Below are positions 9,547 to 19,634 of a DNA stretch of 64,000 nt, in pieces (positions within the stretch are counted from its first letter, which is position 1; every line of letters starts with the position of its first letter). Below the pieces are notes generated by a model. It ran no database searches, was not told the origin of the DNA, and saw only the letters and a list, made by a program, of their open reading frames with translations. The stretch comes from Bryobacterales bacterium (GTDB lineage Bacteria > Acidobacteriota > Terriglobia > Bryobacterales > UBA6623), in contig CBDHHA010000008.1 of NCBI GenBank assembly GCA_965263255.1, positions 2,945,399-3,009,398 on the forward strand, read 5' to 3'. The position numbers were made by a program, and so were the translations under genes.

Positions 9547-10962
9547 ATGACGGATCCGATCTCGATTCCGACTTGGCTGGCCGCCTTGGGTTCGGCCCTA
9601 GCGGCGTGGTCCCTGCTAGACCGCCTAGCGATCCCGAGCGTGCGCTGGCTGATGCGGCGTCGGGCCCTCCGAGTCGTTGACGACCTCAATACCCGGCTCC
9701 AGTTCCGAATCCACCCATTCAAGCTCACCCGGAGGAAGGTGCTGATTGACCGCCTGACATCCGACCCGGAAGTAATGCGGGCCGTCGCCGATCGTTCCGA
9801 CGAGACCGGCGTCCCTCGAGAGGCATTGCGCGCAGAAGTAAATCGCTATGCACGCGAGATCGTCCCCTCGTTCAATGCGGATGCCTACTTCCGGATCGGA
9901 AGCTATCTGGCTCGCCGGACCGCACAACTCCTGTACCGGCTCCGACTGGGCTATTCCGACGACGAAGCGCTGTCCAAGATCGAGCCGGACGCGAGCATCG
10001 TGTTCGTCATGAACCATCGCAGCAACATGGACTACGTGGTCGTCGCCTACATGGCGGCCAGCCGGACCGCGCTCAGCTACGCGGTCGGAGAGTGGGCCAG
10101 CGTCTGGCCCCTGCGGACGCTGATCCGGTCTCTGGGCGGGTACTTTGTCCGACGCAACTCCCGAGACCCACTCTACCGGCGAATCCTCGCGCGATATGTC
10201 CAGATGGCGACCGAGGGCGGCGTCGTCCAGGCGGTGTACCCAGAGGGCCGCCTGAGTCGGGACGGACGCCTGCAGCCGTTCCGGCTGGGCCTGATCAGCT
10301 ACATGGTCGATTCCTTCGACCCTCAATCGGGCAGGGACCTCGTATTCATTCCAGTCGGCGTCAATTACGACCGGGTCATCGAGGATCGCTCGCTGATCCG
10401 GACCCTTGACCCGGAGTCACCGCCTCGTGGCCGCCTGTTCGCGGTCGCCACCGCCCTGCGTGCGGTCCTGCACAACCTGGCCCTCATGGCCCTGCAGCGC
10501 TGGTATCGGCTGGGGTATGCCTGCGTCAACTTCGGGGCTCCCATCTCGATGCGCGATTACTGTCGGAACCGGAGTCTCGACCTCGGCTCCGCAGGACTCG
10601 AGGCCCGACACAAGGCGATCGAGCGCCTTGGAGACGACTTGCGAGCGGCCGTGGCGCGGACTATTCCAGTGCTCCCGGCAGCGCTGGTCTCGACGGTGTT
10701 CCTGCGCAACCCTTCTCGCTCGCTGAGCACTCTTGAAATCAAGTCCGGCGTGCAGGCCGTGATCGAAGAACTCGGTCCTACCAATGCCTACGTGCATGTG
10801 CCTCGATCGGACCGCGATTACGCCGTGACAGTCGGCCTCCGGATGCTCGTGCTGCGGCGGTTCGTGATCGAATCGGAGGGTCTGTACCGGACTGCGCCGG
10901 GCGAGGAAGCCCTCCTCTCGTATTACGCCAAGTCCATTGGACACTTCTTGGATCCAAACTGA
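9547..10962 (+). CDS. Glycerol-3-phosphate/lysophospholipid acyltransferase (PlsB/GPAT-like)
   Basis: Acyltransferase blocks 'VMNHRSNMDYVV' (HX4D), 'GGYFVRRN', 'YPEGRLSRDGRL' and 'IPVGVNYDRV'. An N-terminal hydrophobic segment is present. Confidence 0.8.
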   Translation: MTDPISIPTWLAALGSALAAWSLLDRLAIPSVRWLMRRRALRVVDDLNTRLQFRIHPFKLTRRKVLIDRLTSDPEVMRAVADRSDETGVPREALRAEVNRYAREIVPSFNADAYFRIGSYLARRTAQLLYRLRLGYSDDEALSKIEPDASIVFVMNHRSNMDYVVVAYMAASRTALSYAVGEWASVWPLRTLIRSLGGYFVRRNSRDPLYRRILARYVQMATEGGVVQAVYPEGRLSRDGRLQPFRLGLISYMVDSFDPQSGRDLVFIPVGVNYDRVIEDRSLIRTLDPESPPRGRLFAVATALRAVLHNLALMALQRWYRLGYACVNFGAPISMRDYCRNRSLDLGSAGLEARHKAIERLGDDLRAAVARTIPVLPAALVSTVFLRNPSRSLSTLEIKSGVQAVIEELGPTNAYVHVPRSDRDYAVTVGLRMLVLRRFVIESEGLYRTAPGEEALLSYYAKSIGHFLDPN

Positions 10963-11212
10963 GCTGCAATCTGCTGAACGGCGTTCGCACGCCGCCCCGG
11001 CTGCATCTTCCGAGCCCGTTCAGGGTCGGTGCGGCTTGGTGGTCGGGTTGCTGTGCTGCAGGGGCGGCTACTCCCCGCAAGACTGCCCCAGCCTGGCGCA
11101 AGAGCCGTGACACTCGCACAACGGTGCCGCATCGGGGGGCCCAGCCCCGGAGTCACTCCTGCACGCAAGATTGCTCCAGCGGTCCCGCTACGACCCGGTT
11201 CGCCCGGCACCA

Positions 11213-12880
11213 TCAAGAACCGCTCGCACCGTCGGGCTCGACGATCCGGATGACAGCGTTGGAAGGAATCCCCCTCAACTCCTGGACAACCCCGCTGGGC
11301 CACCGCACCTCGATCGCCCGAACCGTCTCTGCAGCCCCGAGCCCGAAGTGCACGGGCCCGTGGCTTGACGAGGCGTAGCCGACGCTCGCGGTCATCTGGT
11401 TGTGCTGGCCTGCGATGCTGACCCGGGCCCCGATCCCGTCACGGTTGCTCAGCGAGCCTTCCAGCTGGAGCGCAATCCAGTTCCCCGTCCCCGGGGTGAT
11501 GTTTTCCCAGAGCTCGGCCCGCTCGCCGAGCGCCGTCACGACGACATCCATCCTCCCGTCGCCGTTGAAGTCCGCGAATGCCGCTCCCCGATGGGCTCGC
11601 AGAGCACCGAGCCCGGCACCCGGCACTTCGCGGAATGTGCCGTCGCCACGGTTCGCGTGGACGGAGTTGGCGAGCCTGTAGGGCGTCGCTTGGAAGTGCT
11701 CCACCGTGTCGTTCACGTGGGAGTTGGCGGCGAAGACATCCTTCCATCCGTCGTTGTCGAAATCGAACAGCCCGACGCTCCAGCCGCTGCGGTTGAAGCT
11801 CAGCGCGCTCATGCCGCTGCGATAGGTCACATCGCGGAACGAGCCCGAGCCGGTGTTGCGGAACAGTGGATACGACTCGCCGGCCAGAGCCGTGAGCAGC
11901 ACATCGGGCCGCCCGTCGTTGTCGTAGTCCCGGAAATCGACCCCCATTCCGGACACCGCCATCCCGTGATCCTGCAATGCCGCTCCCGCGACCAGAGCGG
12001 TCTCCTCGAATGTGCCGTCACCGAGATTCCGGAAGAGGAAATTGGGCGTCTTGTCATTGGCGACGAAGATGTCCGGATAGCCGTCTTCGTCGTAGTCGGC
12101 CATGGCCGCTCCCATGCCCTTGCCGACGTGCCGCGCGATGCCGGAAGCTTCGGAAACATCCTCGAACGTGCCGTCGCCCCGATTCCTGTACAGCTGGTTC
12201 GGGAGGCCCTCGAAGAGGCTCGGATCACAGTACGAGCGCACGCCGGCACGAGGGTCCCCGCAGTAGGTGTCGAAGTCGCTCGACCACTGGAGATAGTTCA
12301 CGGCGAACAGGTCCAGCCAGCCGTCCAGGTCGTAATCCAGCCACACCCCGCCAACCGCCCACTCGCCACTGCGGATGCCCGCCTCGCCGGACACCTCATC
12401 GAACCTGCCGTCCCCGTCATTGCGGTACAGCATGTTCCGCTCTACCCCGGCCACGAACAGGTCGCGGTCTCCGTCGTTGTCGTAATCCGCCGCCGCCGCG
12501 CCAATGCAGAAACCGACGCCGGCCAGCCCCGCACGCTGGGTGACGTCCTCGAAGCGCATGCCGCCTGCGTTGCGGTAGAGCCGGTTCGAATGCGTGACCG
12601 GGCTCTTCTCGAGACCCGGCAGAGCCGCTCCGTTGGCAAGGAAGATGTCAATCCTGCCGTCCGCGTCGTAGTCGAACGCGGCGACGCCTCCGGCCATCGC
12701 CTCGACGAGATGCTTGTCGGGAGTCGGGCTGTGCTGGAGGACGAAGTCCAGTCCCGCCTTGCCGGCGACATCGACGAACCGGATCTCGGCCGCGCCGCCA
12801 GATGCCGTGCCTGCCACGACAGCCAAGACCAGAACGGGAGCGAGCCGAGCGGCCGCCGGCCGGAGGCTACCTCCTCTCAT
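11213..12880 (-). CDS. CRTAC1-family protein (FG-GAP/VCBS repeats + ASPIC/UnbV C-terminus)
   Basis: Signal peptide, then repeated 'DYDNDGxxDLFV'-type FG-GAP motifs. C-terminal 'GIGARVSIAG...SSHGPVHFGLG' is ASPIC/UnbV-like. Confidence 0.85.
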   Translation of the reverse strand: MRGGSLRPAAARLAPVLVLAVVAGTASGGAAEIRFVDVAGKAGLDFVLQHSPTPDKHLVEAMAGGVAAFDYDADGRIDIFLANGAALPGLEKSPVTHSNRLYRNAGGMRFEDVTQRAGLAGVGFCIGAAAADYDNDGDRDLFVAGVERNMLYRNDGDGRFDEVSGEAGIRSGEWAVGGVWLDYDLDGWLDLFAVNYLQWSSDFDTYCGDPRAGVRSYCDPSLFEGLPNQLYRNRGDGTFEDVSEASGIARHVGKGMGAAMADYDEDGYPDIFVANDKTPNFLFRNLGDGTFEETALVAGAALQDHGMAVSGMGVDFRDYDNDGRPDVLLTALAGESYPLFRNTGSGSFRDVTYRSGMSALSFNRSGWSVGLFDFDNDGWKDVFAANSHVNDTVEHFQATPYRLANSVHANRGDGTFREVPGAGLGALRAHRGAAFADFNGDGRMDVVVTALGERAELWENITPGTGNWIALQLEGSLSNRDGIGARVSIAGQHNQMTASVGYASSSHGPVHFGLGAAETVRAIEVRWPSGVVQELRGIPSNAVIRIVEPDGASGS

Positions 12881-13991
12881 CGGGCTCGACGGCCTTCAAC
12901 TCGCGGAACCTCTTGATCGACCGCTTCGCGAGTTCATCCTCGCCCAGCAGGCCGTAGATCCGAGCGAGCAGATAGACCGGCTCGGTATAGGCCGGGTCCA
13001 GCCTGGCGGAGCGCTCGAGCCACTTGCGGGCGTCCTCGATTCGCTCGAGCCCTGCGAGGGCCTTCCCGCCCAGGTAGAAGTTCCTCGCCGAGTAAGGATT
13101 GCGCCGCGCCGCGGTTCCCGCCGCCTCGTAGCCGCGCTGCAGGTCCCCTTGGTCGATCAGCAGGCTTGCCAGGTTCGCATAGGGCCAGTCGTAGTCCGGG
13201 TGCTCGGCCTCGACGATCTGGATGGCGGCGAGGAAATGCTGGATCGCCTTCTCGGTCTCCCCGAGCGCCTCGTGGCAAAGCCCGAGATTGTCGTAGGCCT
13301 TGTGGTTGCGGGGATCGAGCCGCACGACCTTCTGGAACTGCGCGGCCGCGTGGCCGAAGCGGTTCTCCTGATAGTAGATCCTGCCGAGCATGTACGCCGC
13401 TTCCGTGTCGGCCGGGTACCGGTCGAGAAGGCGCAGGAAGATTCCCTCGGCTTCAGCCGACTGCCCGAGAAAGTAGGTGGAATTGCCAAGCAGCTTCATG
13501 GCGGTCGCGTTCCCAGGGTCCCGGCGGAGCACGGCGGCAGCCGTGCTGGAAGCATCCTCGAAGCGCTGGGCGCGCAGCTGGATGTCGGCAGCGACCAGCA
13601 ACCCGGGGACCGAGTCGGCGTCCTGATCCAGGAACTCCCGGGCAAGCTGCACAGCTCGGTCGAAGTCCCGGGCGCGCGCCAGCGCCCGGGCGGCCTCGAG
13701 CAGGATCCCATTCCTAGCGGGACAGGCCCGGTAGGCCTCGGCCAGCAGCTTCCCAGCCTCGGCGGGGTCAAGCGCAGGCTGCCGCGCCTGGCTTGCGAGG
13801 CGGTCCGCGGAGGCCGAGTCGCAGGATGGCGCAACAGCGCCCCTGCCGGGGCCCCCCGCCGGGTGGACCGTCTGGGCAGCAAGCGCCGGGAGCGCGAGGA
13901 TCGCCGCCACGGCGACTCCCGTCCGGTGCAAGCCCGGGCGCTGCCACGGTCTCACGGGCGAGCGCGCCGGGCTCGGCTGTCGGCAGACCAC
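12867..13991 (-). CDS. TPR repeat protein
   Basis: Multiple TPR units (e.g. 'AYMLGRIYYQENRFGHAAAQFQKVVRLDPRNHKAYDNLGLCH'). Overlaps the downstream CRTAC1 gene by 14 nt. The exact start is uncertain. Confidence 0.7.
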   Translation of the reverse strand: MVCRQPSPARSPVRPWQRPGLHRTGVAVAAILALPALAAQTVHPAGGPGRGAVAPSCDSASADRLASQARQPALDPAEAGKLLAEAYRACPARNGILLEAARALARARDFDRAVQLAREFLDQDADSVPGLLVAADIQLRAQRFEDASSTAAAVLRRDPGNATAMKLLGNSTYFLGQSAEAEGIFLRLLDRYPADTEAAYMLGRIYYQENRFGHAAAQFQKVVRLDPRNHKAYDNLGLCHEALGETEKAIQHFLAAIQIVEAEHPDYDWPYANLASLLIDQGDLQRGYEAAGTAARRNPYSARNFYLGGKALAGLERIEDARKWLERSARLDPAYTEPVYLLARIYGLLGEDELAKRSIKRFRELKAVEPDERR

Positions 13992-14010
13992 GCGACCAGC
14001 CTGCCGGCAA

Positions 14011-17000
14011 CTACCAAGCGAAGCGCGCCTCCAGCTGGATCAGCCGCTGGCCGCTGCCGTTGATCCGTATCTTGCCGAAATCGGCGGAACTGATGTTGGT
14101 GGTCACGAAGCCCCGTCCGTGGCGGTTGAACGGATTGATGGCTGCGGCCCCGAACTCGAATTCCACGTCCTCGTACAGCTGGATCCTCTTGACCAGCCGC
14201 ATGCGCTCGCTGCTCGCGTGCGGGCCCCGCACGTTCGGGAGCCTTCGAGGCGCAGTGCCCAGCCGGAGCGGCGTTCCGTTCGCAGTCCGTCCGCCGTTCT
14301 CCGGAGAGAGGGCCTGGAATGCGGCCGGGTTGAGGTAGGGCGTCCCGTCGAAGAAATCTAGGTTGTCGGAAGCTCCTCCCAGCTTCTGGCTCTGCCCGGT
14401 CACGTCGGGACGGAAGCCGCCGAAGCCCGCAGGTGTTCGCACGCCGCCCTGGCCGATCGAGACCGGGTTGCCCGCACGGTACTCGTGAATGGCGCTGAAG
14501 GTCCAGCCCCCGAGGAGCTTGTCGACGACCGCGTTCCGGTTGCCGAACTTCTTGCCCTGGCCGAACGGGAGCTCGTACAGCCAGGTGAGGCGGAACACGT
14601 GGGGCACGTGATGCGCTGCCACGGAACGCTCCAGGTTGCGGTTGTAATAGTCCTGGATCGCGCCCGTCCATCCCACTTGGAGAGCCGTGTCGTTCGCCTG
14701 GCTGATGGCTTTCGACCACGTGTAGGCGGCCAGCACGCCCAGGCCGCCGCTGAACCGGCGCGTCATCGTCACCTGCGCGGAGTGGTAGCTGGAGTTGCTG
14801 TTGTGGGGATACGGCTCGGTGACTGCGGTGTATTGCGGGTACGGCCGCAAGGCCTGGGCGACCGACTGGCTGTCGGGGAACGAGTCGTAGGGCTTGTACT
14901 GCGGGAACCTGCCCACCTGCTCGAACAGCACGTCGCCCAGGGACAGGAAGCTGACAGGGAGCGGATTGTAGCTGTTGAAGTACGAGCTGCGGAGGCGGCG
15001 CCCGACGTTGCCGATGTAGGCCGCCTCGAGCACGAAGGAGTGCGGCAGCTGATGCTGGACCGTGAGGTTCCAGTTCTGCGTGTAGGGCAGGCGGGTGCTG
15101 TCGCGCGAGGTGCTCTGGACGCCGGTAAACACGCCCTGTCCCGGGTCGGTGTTCGGCAGCTCGCCCTCGAAGGCGGGGTAGGGCTGGTCCAGCCAGTGTG
15201 CCGGATCGTCCGTGAATCCGGTGGGGCTCGTGCCCGCGTTGATCGGGATGCTCGCGCTGTACCCGCGGGTGAACCCGCCGAATCCCCAGTCGTTGCGGAT
15301 CGGCGGCATGTTCGTCACGGCGTAGCCGCCCCGGACGACGGTCCTCGAATTCAGCTGGTAGGCGAACCCGAAGCGAGGCCCGAACTGCTTCCAGTTGGTG
15401 TCCTGGAACCGGTTGTCGAACACGAACGCCCCCGGCAGACCTCCGGCCGAGGGGTTGGGCGTGTTCAGGTCCACTTGGGACATGCGATCCGTCAGCTCGA
15501 AGAAGGGTTCCACGATCTCCCACCGGAAGCCCAGGTTCAGGGTGAGCTTCGGCGTGACCTTCCAGTCATCCATGAAGTAAATGCCGTGGCTGGGGTGCCT
15601 GTGGCCGCTGTACAGCGTCGTGACCCCGCGGCCGGCGGAATGCACGGCTCCCAGCACGAAGCTGGCGAATGCGTGGCCGGTCTCGTTGCTGAAGCCCGGG
15701 AGGTGAGTCTGGACCGGGCGGAAGTTGAAGTTGCCGGAGCCGTTCTTCGCGCGGGAGTTCATGAAGTACCGGCGGTGCTCGTAGCCGATGCGGTATGTGT
15801 GGGCCCCCCGGATGATTGTCATGTCGTCCTGGAAGATCCAGCTGCCGTTGAAGCCTTCCCCCGCGTTGCTGGAACCGATCTGGCCGGTCAGGCCGCCCTG
15901 CCACTCGTTGCCGCCGAAGTTCATGCGCGGGAAGTGGGACGGGGAGGTGCCCTGCACCCCGATCTGCGACGCCCAGTCCTCGTCGACGAAGACCGACTCG
16001 TTGCTGTTGCGGAAACGGTTGTAGCCTGCGGCGAACCGGTTGATGACCGTGTCGGTGATGGTCGAGTTGACCGACATCCGAACCATGCGCGACGGCGTGT
16101 ACTGGTTCTGCCAAGTCTGGGTCGGAAGTCCCGGAACGGGCTCGTAACGGGGACCGCCGTTGTTGTTGCGGATCCGGTACTCGTGGTTGTAGACGCCCGA
16201 CACGTGGTGCTTGTCGTTGATGTTGTGGTCGCCCTTGACGCCGATGGTGTAGAGGCTGAAGAACGGGCAGCAGGTTCCGATCGTCGGCGTATTGCGCACC
16301 ATGGTGTCGATCTCCGGGTCCTTCAGCCCCACGCCGATCACGTTGTTGTAGACAGTGCTGAACCGGCTCTGGGGAATGACGTTGTTCGGGAAAACCATCC
16401 GCGTCGCGCCCACGCTCGAGTTCGCCGTGCTCAAGGGATCGTAGATCGCGCCGAATACGCTGGTCGCGCCGGCGTCGTTCGAGATGGCCGAGCCCGAAGC
16501 CGCGTTCCCCGTGAAGCCCGGATCCAGCATCCGGCTGAAGTCGCCGGCCTTGAAGTCCCGGTTCGCGAGGGTCGTCGTGAGCCCGGCAATGTTGAAGTTC
16601 GAGCGCGTGGTCCTCTCCAGGTTGGTGAAGAAGAACGACTTGCTCTTGCCGTTGTAGACCTTCGGGATGTAGATCGGGCCCCCTGCCGAGTAGCCGTAAT
16701 TGTGCTGGCGGAACGGGGACTTGGTGGTGACACCGCGCGAGTTGTTGGCGTAGGTGTTGGCGTTGAGCCCCTCGTTCTGGCCGTAATAGAACAGCGAGCC
16801 GTGCAGGCTGTTGGTCCCGGACTTGAAGTTGAAGTTGGCCACCGCGGTGTGGCCGCCGTTGTACTGGGCATTGATCGAGCCGGTGTGCAGCTTGAACTCG
16901 CCCACCGCTTCCGCGGACGGGCTCATTTCGTTGTTGTTGCCGCCGGACAGGTCCATGCGGCCGACCGGGATGCCCTCGATCAGGATCTCGTGCGAGTACT

Positions 17001-17535
17001 GCTGGCCTCCGTTGATCGATCCCTCGAATTCCCCTCCGGTCGTGCCTGGCAGGCTGCGAAAGATGAAGCTCTGGATCTGGCGCTGGCCGTCCTCCACGAA
17101 GATCGGCCAGTTCTGGTACTCCTCGGAACTCACGTAGCGCCCGATCTCGGCCGTCCCCGACTCCAGCAGCGGCGGCGTGGCGCTGACGGTGACCTCCTCG
17201 GTGACCGCTCCGATCTGCATCTCGATGTTCACGGTCATCGTCTGGCCGACCCGGAGGATGACATTCTGCTGGTTGGCCGTGCGGAAGCCGGGCGCTGTGA
17301 TGCGCAGCGAATAGGTCCCGGGCGCAAGGTACGGGAGCGTGTAGGCCCCTGCGGACGTGGACGACGTGGCGCTCTCGACGCTGGTGCCGACGTTGGTGGC
17401 CACGACCGTGGCGCCGGGGATCACGGCCCCGGTCGTGTCGAGTATCGTCCCGTTGAGCGTGCCCACCGCGCCCTGCCCGAAGAGCGGGACCGATGCGCAG
17501 CACACAAGCACGAAGAGAGAAAGGAGGCGTCTCAT
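14011..17535 (-). CDS. TonB-dependent receptor with N-terminal carboxypeptidase-regulatory-like domain
   Basis: ATG at 17535 gives the signal peptide 'MRRLLSLFVLVCCASVPLFG'. CarboxypepD_reg-like 'GTLNGTILDTTGAVIPGATVVATN...GTYSLRITAPGF' follows. A long beta-barrel region ends in the aromatic terminus '...LEARFAW'. Confidence 0.85.
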   Translation of the reverse strand: MRRLLSLFVLVCCASVPLFGQGAVGTLNGTILDTTGAVIPGATVVATNVGTSVESATSSTSAGAYTLPYLAPGTYSLRITAPGFRTANQQNVILRVGQTMTVNIEMQIGAVTEEVTVSATPPLLESGTAEIGRYVSSEEYQNWPIFVEDGQRQIQSFIFRSLPGTTGGEFEGSINGGQQYSHEILIEGIPVGRMDLSGGNNNEMSPSAEAVGEFKLHTGSINAQYNGGHTAVANFNFKSGTNSLHGSLFYYGQNEGLNANTYANNSRGVTTKSPFRQHNYGYSAGGPIYIPKVYNGKSKSFFFTNLERTTRSNFNIAGLTTTLANRDFKAGDFSRMLDPGFTGNAASGSAISNDAGATSVFGAIYDPLSTANSSVGATRMVFPNNVIPQSRFSTVYNNVIGVGLKDPEIDTMVRNTPTIGTCCPFFSLYTIGVKGDHNINDKHHVSGVYNHEYRIRNNNGGPRYEPVPGLPTQTWQNQYTPSRMVRMSVNSTITDTVINRFAAGYNRFRNSNESVFVDEDWASQIGVQGTSPSHFPRMNFGGNEWQGGLTGQIGSSNAGEGFNGSWIFQDDMTIIRGAHTYRIGYEHRRYFMNSRAKNGSGNFNFRPVQTHLPGFSNETGHAFASFVLGAVHSAGRGVTTLYSGHRHPSHGIYFMDDWKVTPKLTLNLGFRWEIVEPFFELTDRMSQVDLNTPNPSAGGLPGAFVFDNRFQDTNWKQFGPRFGFAYQLNSRTVVRGGYAVTNMPPIRNDWGFGGFTRGYSASIPINAGTSPTGFTDDPAHWLDQPYPAFEGELPNTDPGQGVFTGVQSTSRDSTRLPYTQNWNLTVQHQLPHSFVLEAAYIGNVGRRLRSSYFNSYNPLPVSFLSLGDVLFEQVGRFPQYKPYDSFPDSQSVAQALRPYPQYTAVTEPYPHNSNSSYHSAQVTMTRRFSGGLGVLAAYTWSKAISQANDTALQVGWTGAIQDYYNRNLERSVAAHHVPHVFRLTWLYELPFGQGKKFGNRNAVVDKLLGGWTFSAIHEYRAGNPVSIGQGGVRTPAGFGGFRPDVTGQSQKLGGASDNLDFFDGTPYLNPAAFQALSPENGGRTANGTPLRLGTAPRRLPNVRGPHASSERMRLVKRIQLYEDVEFEFGAAAINPFNRHGRGFVTTNISSADFGKIRINGSGQRLIQLEARFAW

Positions 17536-17806
17536 GGCCGGAGAATATACCAAACCGTCAAGGCCAAGGGAAGGGTTTCTTGCACGAAAATCACGCGGTG
17601 CGGGCCTCCGGAGCTCAAGCGGCGATAGGATCGCCGGCGCTGCCAAGCCGCCCCTCCCCGTTTGCCCACTGGAAAGGGCATTCCGCGACACCCGAAAGAC
17701 TCTGGCTGGAGCGGCCGTTCTGACCCGCGCGGCAATCGGAGAGAGTCGCGAGCGCGCCGGACTCGACCGAGCCCTCTAGATCTCGCAGGTGGGACACTGG
17801 ATGGCT

Positions 17807-19111
17807 ATGAGAGTCGCTGCTGTCGCCCGGTACCTCGCCATCCTGCTGCTGGCTCTGGCATCGTGCGCCCGCGCCGGCGTCGAGCGCCTCACGATCCTGC
17901 ACCTCAACGACATCCATGCCCAGCTGATACCCGACGGGCGGGGAATGGGTGGACTGGCTCACGTGGCGACTGCCATACAGCAGGAGAAGCGGGGGTCGCC
18001 GGCCGCAATCGTCCTGCACGGCGGCGACATGGTGCAAGGCTCCCCGGTGTCGACCATCTTCCAGGGAACGCCGGTATACGAGGTCGCCAACAGCCTCGGG
18101 TTCGACGCGCACTGCCTGGGGAACCACGAGTTCGACTACGGATGGGAGCGAATCGCGGATTTCCGCAATGCGTCGGACGCCCCGATCCTCGCCGCCAACG
18201 TCCGCAACCAGCTCGGCGAGACCCTCGTGCCGGCAACGCACGTGCTGGAAGCAGGCAGTCTCCGCATCGGGGTGGTGGGAGCCCTGACCGCACGACTAGC
18301 AAGGCTCATCAAGCCCGAGCAGGCAGGACCCTGGCGCGCGGAGCCCATTGTCGAATCCCTTGCACCGGTGGTCCGCGAGATCCATGGAGAGGTCGACCTG
18401 GTGGTGGTTCTCGGGCATTTGTTCGACGACGAGGACGAGCAGGTTCTGCGCCACCTGACAGACGTGGACGTGGTCGTCAGCGGGCATGACCACGGCGGAC
18501 TCGACGAGGAACTGGTGATCGACGGGCGGATCGTGGTGAAGCTGCGTCCCAGCGGTCGCGAGCTGGGGCGGCTCGACATCTGGTTCGACACCGAAGGCGA
18601 GAAAATCCTCCGTCATGAATGGGAGCGGATCCCGGTGCGGGCGGACGCCTACCCGCCCCGGCCGGAGACTCAGGCGCTGGTGGAGAAGTGGGAGGCGCAG
18701 GTCTCCCAGCGCGTCGACGTGGACATCGCGCAGAACTCGCGGGCGCTGGGCCGGTCCGAGGTCCAGGCGCTCGTCGAACGGGCCATCCGAGAGAGAACCG
18801 GAGCGGACCTTGCCTACATGAATCGGGGAGGCGTGCGGGCGTCGCTCGCTCCCGGCACGGTCAAGGCCCGCCACGTCTGGAACATCCTCCCGTTCGACAA
18901 CGAGCTCGTCGAAGCGAGGATCCAGGGGCGGGATCTGCCGGAGGAGTACGCGGAAGACCGGCAGATCGACCCGGACCGGACCTACCGATTCGTCACGAAC
19001 GATTACGTGTCGGCCCAGTGGTCGCGCTACGGCTTCCGGTTCGAACCCGTGGGGGAAACCCTGCGCGACCTTTTCCTCGCGTGGGTCGAGGCCCGCGGGA
19101 AACTGCCGTGA
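17807..19111 (+). CDS. Bifunctional metallophosphatase/5'-nucleotidase (UshA-like)
   Basis: Signal peptide 'MRVAAVARYLAILLLALASCARA'. Metallophosphatase motifs 'LHLNDIHAQL', 'GGDMVQG' and 'GNHEFDYG', plus a C-terminal 5'-nucleotidase domain. Confidence 0.85.
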   Translation: MRVAAVARYLAILLLALASCARAGVERLTILHLNDIHAQLIPDGRGMGGLAHVATAIQQEKRGSPAAIVLHGGDMVQGSPVSTIFQGTPVYEVANSLGFDAHCLGNHEFDYGWERIADFRNASDAPILAANVRNQLGETLVPATHVLEAGSLRIGVVGALTARLARLIKPEQAGPWRAEPIVESLAPVVREIHGEVDLVVVLGHLFDDEDEQVLRHLTDVDVVVSGHDHGGLDEELVIDGRIVVKLRPSGRELGRLDIWFDTEGEKILRHEWERIPVRADAYPPRPETQALVEKWEAQVSQRVDVDIAQNSRALGRSEVQALVERAIRERTGADLAYMNRGGVRASLAPGTVKARHVWNILPFDNELVEARIQGRDLPEEYAEDRQIDPDRTYRFVTNDYVSAQWSRYGFRFEPVGETLRDLFLAWVEARGKLP

Positions 19112-19150
19112 AGTGTCAGCGGGCCCTGCCGCGACCGGCAAATGGCCAAG

Positions 19151-19600
19151 CTACTGCCCGCGCCGCTCCTTGTCGTACGGGGCCCCGGTGCCCGAGGACC
19201 CGAGGAAGAACTTCCTCCCGTCCTCGAATGTCACGTCCCTGCCGTTAGCGCGGTTCGACCGGTCCTTCGCCTGGTAGCCGTCGACGACGACGACCGAGCC
19301 GATCTTGATGGTGTCCCGCTTGAGCCCGCGGCGCAGCAGGCTGTTCGGCGTGCCGCCCTCGACCATCCAGATCTCCTTCGCGCCGTCCTCCCCGGTCACC
19401 TCGATGTGGATCCACGTGTGGGGATTCACCCATTCCACGCGCACCACGGGCCCCTTGAGGATCAGCGGCCGGTTCGGGTCGAATTCCGCGCCGAAGGCGT
19501 GATGAGCGTAGGCGGGAACCACTGCAGCCAGCAGCATTGCCGTCCCCGCAAGAGCGGCCGCCGCGGCCGCAGGCCAGTTGGATGAGATTGCCTTGGTCAT
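19151..19600 (-). CDS. DUF6152-like small secreted protein
   Basis: ATG at 19600 begins 'MTKAISSNWPAAAAAALAGTAMLLAAVVPAYAHHAFGAEFD...W.NPH.W'. This is the signal peptide + 'AHH' + OB-like pattern I associate with DUF6152. The remainder of the 258-aa track ORF is an extension. Confidence 0.6.
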   Translation of the reverse strand: MTKAISSNWPAAAAAALAGTAMLLAAVVPAYAHHAFGAEFDPNRPLILKGPVVRVEWVNPHTWIHIEVTGEDGAKEIWMVEGGTPNSLLRRGLKRDTIKIGSVVVVDGYQAKDRSNRANGRDVTFEDGRKFFLGSSGTGAPYDKERRGQ

Positions 19601-19634
19601 GCGCCTGTCGTCCTCCGGGCGGATGGACTTCCGC

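Noticed and set aside
14485-17628. 1047-aa ORF on the plus strand, opposite the TonB-dependent receptor gene
   Set aside because: It is Arg/Ala/Gly/Val-rich with no recognisable motifs and is entirely antisense to a gene with strong family signatures. This is the typical stop-codon-poor antisense frame of high-GC DNA. The same reasoning applies to 11402-12916(+), 25149-27701(-), 28621-30666(-), 51210-53504(+), 54524-56224(-) and 20598-21719(+).
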